This document shows, piece by piece, positions 59,980-64,000 of a stretch of DNA of 64,000 nt. The position numbers were made by a program, and so were the translations under genes. The stretch spans positions 2,688,001-2,752,000 of the forward strand of contig OY761556.1 in the NCBI GenBank assembly GCA_963664705.1. The letters run 5' to 3'. A model generated the notes under the pieces. The model searched no databases. It was given only the letters and a program-made list of their open reading frames with translations, and was not told the origin of the DNA. The DNA is from Acidobacteriota bacterium. GTDB lineage: Bacteria; Acidobacteriota; UBA6911. Every line of letters starts with the position of its first letter. Positions within the stretch are counted from its first letter, which is position 1.

Positions 59980-60393
59980 TCAGACCCTAAATATTTCCCC
60001 GGTTGCTTTGCGTTTATAAAATCCTCTCTGTTGAAGCGGCCAATTAAATTTTATGGCGCCCTGCGTTCGACGAGGACACTCATTCACACAGCAGCCGCAA
60101 TACCAGCACTCATCCGGGTGCAAAGTAATCGGAGGCTTTCCCTTTATGGGATTGGGCACATACACATCAATCTGGCATATGTTGACGCATGTATTGCAGC
60201 CGTTGCAGATTTCGGCATTTCGGATGACGGGCCTGTTCGGCGTGGATATGTTGGGTAATATGTACACCTTGTCTTTCTTGTCTTCCGCTCCCTTAAGAAC
60301 CTCGCCGGCCCCTTCGAGCGTTGCCGCGGCACCGGCAACAGCTCCCGCCTTCAAAAATTCTCTGCGTTTCATTGCTGTGCTTTTCTTTTTCAT
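59980..60393 (-). CDS. AprB-like 2x[4Fe-4S] ferredoxin with twin-arginine signal peptide
   Basis: CNGCNTCVNIC and CWYCGCCVNECP clusters; N-terminal KRREFLK followed by an Ala/Gly h-region. Start at 60393 or 60372. Confidence 0.85.
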   Translation of the reverse strand: MKKKSTAMKRREFLKAGAVAGAAATLEGAGEVLKGAEDKKDKVYILPNISTPNRPVIRNAEICNGCNTCVNICQIDVYVPNPIKGKPPITLHPDECWYCGCCVNECPRRTQGAIKFNWPLQQRGFYKRKATGEIFRV

Positions 60394-60583
60394 TTTCGTT
60401 CATCCGCAAATAATCCGAGCCTTGGAAGCCTCAAAGAAACCCAAGCTCGATAATTGATTTGAACCTCATTGCAGCAATAACTGAGTTATCGGCTTCCATA
60501 ATCTCTATGGAGGAGCCAATTGGGTTTAAGTGGAGAGGGAGAGCCAATCTCCCGCCAGCCAAACTATCGGCCTGTTCACAAGT

Positions 60584-60613
60584 TGTCAAGAAATATGTCA
60601 CATATCTGTGACA
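60584..60613 (-). promoter_or_regulatory. Palindromic operator, copy 5 (TGTCACA-TATC-TGTGACA), with minus-strand TTGACA 6 bp away
   Basis: Palindrome at 60596-60613; TGTCAA at 60584-60589; 30/31 identical to 39542-39572. Confidence 0.82.
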
Positions 60614-60619
60614 CCTTTT

Positions 60620-62143
60620 TTACAATTGATTGTTCCTGGAATACTGTCGGATCAGAAACTCCATGATACTGTCCGGGCCCTTGTTGCTGGCATATGCGCA
60701 GTCATAGAAACACATTTTGTTGGGGTCGTTTTCCGTAAAGGGTTTCCACACGGGCATATCAGACCCATCAGCATCTTTGCCGTTGGGATCGCCAGAACGG
60801 ATGAAATTAGCCCAGTAATTGCACATTGTACGTGCAAGATCGTAGTGCTTGCCGACAAAAGGTCTCCAACACTTAGCCAGCGTCTCAAAAAAGAACCAGA
60901 GGTCCACGGAGTGGAAAGCGCCTGGATTATCCCAACCAGGAATCTCCGGATTGAAGATCCAGTAGTATATCGGTGTCTTTTCGGCCGTCCTGGCTTTTGC
61001 CTTGCCGAAAAGTCTGATCGAATACTCCAGGTAGCTGACACTGGCTTTATGAAGCATTTCCATAATGCTTCCGTTATACGATGCACAAAGCTTAAGAAAT
61101 TCGCCGGATTCGTCACCATAAGCTTCCTGCGCAAACGCTTTGAATGCTTCCGCTGACTTGACCTTGGGCCGGTCGGGAAATTCGGTAGCCGTATGGCCGA
61201 GCATCATGGGAACCAGTTGACATCTGTTTTCCATGAAAAGCTTGTTGGCATCACCGACAATAAACTTGCCATCGATTACCGGACCCCAGAATGCTTTATA
61301 TTCCACCATCTTGTCTCTGAGGAAGACCGCATCCAACCGGCGAGCTTCCGCAAGGGAGGATACGCCCAGAATTTTAAAGAACTCTACGCCGTCTTGCTCA
61401 GCCTCGGTTAAATCCTTTTCACGGTGAAAAAAGCCTCCAGGGTAAGCCGTTATCGTCAGGCCGGAATCGACAATGGCTTTCTGAAAAAGTCCGGCATTCT
61501 GTGGCGACGTCACCTGGGCCATGACGCTGCCTCCTCCCGCAGATTGTCCCCCAATCGTAATGTTATCGGGGTCTCCGCCAAAGGCGGCGATATTCCGTTT
61601 CACCCATCGGGTCCCGAACTGTTGGTCCAGGTGTCCGAAATTTGCAGGGGCTCCGGGACTTTCCGCTGTGATCTCCGGGTGGCAGAGGAACCCAAAGGCA
61701 TTCAGCCGGTAATTGAGAGTGACTACCACAATGCCTCGTCTGGCAATGCGCTCGCCGTCAAATTCCATTTCTGCGGTGTTGCCTTCCTGGAGTCCGCCGC
61801 CGAAATACCACACGAAAACAGGAAGTTTTTCGTTGGCGCTTTTTGCAGGCGTCCAAACATTGAGATGCAAGGAATCCTCATCCATTGCGATGGACGTATC
61901 TACATTCCATTCTCTTGAATAAATGTTTTCCGGGTCCTCTCCGGGAATGTGCTGCATAGAAATCGGAGCGAAATTATATGCCTTCAGAACTCCTTCCCAA
62001 TTGTATGCGGGCTGAGGAGCTCGCCAGCGGTTGCGGCCGACAGGAGGTGCGGCAAAGGGAATCCCTTTGAAGGAGGTGATACGCGGATCAGCAGCCGGCA
62101 AACCTTCAATGGGGCCGTTCTCGACAACAACGCTTCTTAGCAT
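60620..62143 (-). CDS. Cytoplasmic type-B carboxylesterase
   Basis: GIPFAAPPVG, DEDSLHLNVW, GQSAG and GAFHSVDL; ATG 62143 follows AAGGAG. Confidence 0.92.
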   Translation of the reverse strand: MLRSVVVENGPIEGLPAADPRITSFKGIPFAAPPVGRNRWRAPQPAYNWEGVLKAYNFAPISMQHIPGEDPENIYSREWNVDTSIAMDEDSLHLNVWTPAKSANEKLPVFVWYFGGGLQEGNTAEMEFDGERIARRGIVVVTLNYRLNAFGFLCHPEITAESPGAPANFGHLDQQFGTRWVKRNIAAFGGDPDNITIGGQSAGGGSVMAQVTSPQNAGLFQKAIVDSGLTITAYPGGFFHREKDLTEAEQDGVEFFKILGVSSLAEARRLDAVFLRDKMVEYKAFWGPVIDGKFIVGDANKLFMENRCQLVPMMLGHTATEFPDRPKVKSAEAFKAFAQEAYGDESGEFLKLCASYNGSIMEMLHKASVSYLEYSIRLFGKAKARTAEKTPIYYWIFNPEIPGWDNPGAFHSVDLWFFFETLAKCWRPFVGKHYDLARTMCNYWANFIRSGDPNGKDADGSDMPVWKPFTENDPNKMCFYDCAYASNKGPDSIMEFLIRQYSRNNQL

Positions 62144-62249
62144 ACGATTCTCCTTAGAAAACAATGGGTTCAGTGGCGGGAGCGCCGGCGCTCCCATAGA
62201 CGCCCGTTTCGTATTAGATTTAAAATTATGGCACAACAGGAGAGGATGA

Positions 62250-62267
62250 TGTCATAATTATGTGACA
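62250..62267. promoter_or_regulatory. Palindromic operator, copy 6 (TGTCATA-ATTA-TGTGACA)
   Basis: One mismatch to consensus, in the divergent region 62144-62352; followed by a second palindrome TACTTTTGCAAAAGTA at 62274-62289. Confidence 0.72.
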
Positions 62268-62334
62268 TACTTTTACTTTTGCAAAAGTACACTTGCGCGA
62301 GTCTAGGATTGTTGCACCCATATATCGGCAGTAG

Positions 62335-63516
<1,182 letters not shown>

Positions 63517-63535
63517 ACCTGGACGCCCAAGCTAT

Positions 63536-63586
63536 CCGCTGACTTACGCTGACATATTCAATTCGTGCATCAGCGTAGGTCAGCGG
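63536..63586. repeat. Intergenic hairpin (REP-like family C) or bidirectional terminator
   Basis: CCGCTGACTTACGCTGA...TCAGCGTAGGTCAGCGG between convergent genes. Confidence 0.65.
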
Positions 63587-63613
63587 CTCCTATTTTCCCA
63601 GCCTTAGGACCAG

Positions 63614-64000
63614 CTATTTTACATATGGCATGTAACTGATCGCGCCTGTCTGCGAATTCCGTGAATAATGCTTGGCGAAATTCCACATGATCCCTGCATA
63701 CTCCGGATAGAGCGCGTGGACCAAACCTTCCGTAATACTTAAAGCCATCATTGGAATGCCGTCGCCATTGTTTATGTACCAGGTGGTGTTGCTATATTCG
63801 TTATTGAGTTTGGAATTGTCAATGCGATCCGCCTGGAACCCCGCAATCGGATAAGCATTGAAATCAAAGGCATCGAACTTCTTCATACCATTGAATCCCA
63901 GGAATAAAGGGATTTGCGTCTTGAAGCTCGACCCGATGGTTCCCTTGTCCGGATCGAATGGGCCATTGAGATCATACGTGGAAGTCGTGAACATGATGGG
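63614..64000 (-). CDS. C-terminal part of an esterase paralogous to 53706..55655 (runs off the window)
   Basis: MFTTS.[YF]DL, YPIAGF.ADR, LNNEY and HALYPEYA...KHYSR...TGAI.Y.PY are shared with 53706..55655. Confidence 0.82.
   Translation of the reverse strand, partial: PIMFTTSTYDLNGPFDPDKGTIGSSFKTQIPLFLGFNGMKKFDAFDFNAYPIAGFQADRIDNSKLNNEYSNTTWYINNGDGIPMMALSITEGLVHALYPEYAGIMWNFAKHYSRNSQTGAISYMPYVK

Noticed and set aside
58051-60393. Dissimilatory APS reductase (aprAB) call
   Set aside because: No sat/qmo/dsr context, the ferredoxin has CWYCGCC and a Tat-like leader, and the flavoprotein is divergent; only the fold family is supported.

Overview
This is a gene-dense 64-kb bacterial catabolic island with about 45 CDS and no recognisable rRNA, tRNA, CRISPR array, intact transposase or transcription factor. 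The host is probably an anaerobic, Acidobacteriota-like organism, inferred from REP type and Gly/Met-rich linkers and not proven. About 18 genes encode ester/amide/lactone hydrolases, mostly secreted: 5 type-B carboxylesterases, 3 CE1-like esterases, 2 CocE/NonD, a tannase/feruloyl esterase, an SGNH hydrolase, a beta-lactamase-fold hydrolase, 4 other alpha/beta hydrolases and a lactonase. GH3, GH43, a beta-helix protein, SnoaL-like proteins and a sugar ABC transporter sit among them. They are interleaved with cytoplasmic anaerobic modules: an orphan glycyl radical enzyme with a GCVQP Cys loop, a flavoprotein reductase, IlvD and split UxaA dehydratases, two DHDPS-family aldolases, two UGSC-like proteins that have lost their redox motif, and an AprAB-like pair whose ferredoxin carries a twin-arginine signal. 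The strongest unexplained signal is an 18-bp palindrome, TGTCACA-N4-TGTGACA, found six times and only in promoter regions; three copies lie exactly 6 bp upstream of a perfect TTGACA. This suggests the island is one regulon whose regulator lies outside the window. Also notable are five phased 11-bp direct repeats in another divergent promoter, a tannase-type CS-D-HC motif inside both CocE/NonD enzymes, and several REP-like hairpin families, one of which is read in frame at the start of an ORF. All functional calls come from motif recognition by eye; no database searches were run.
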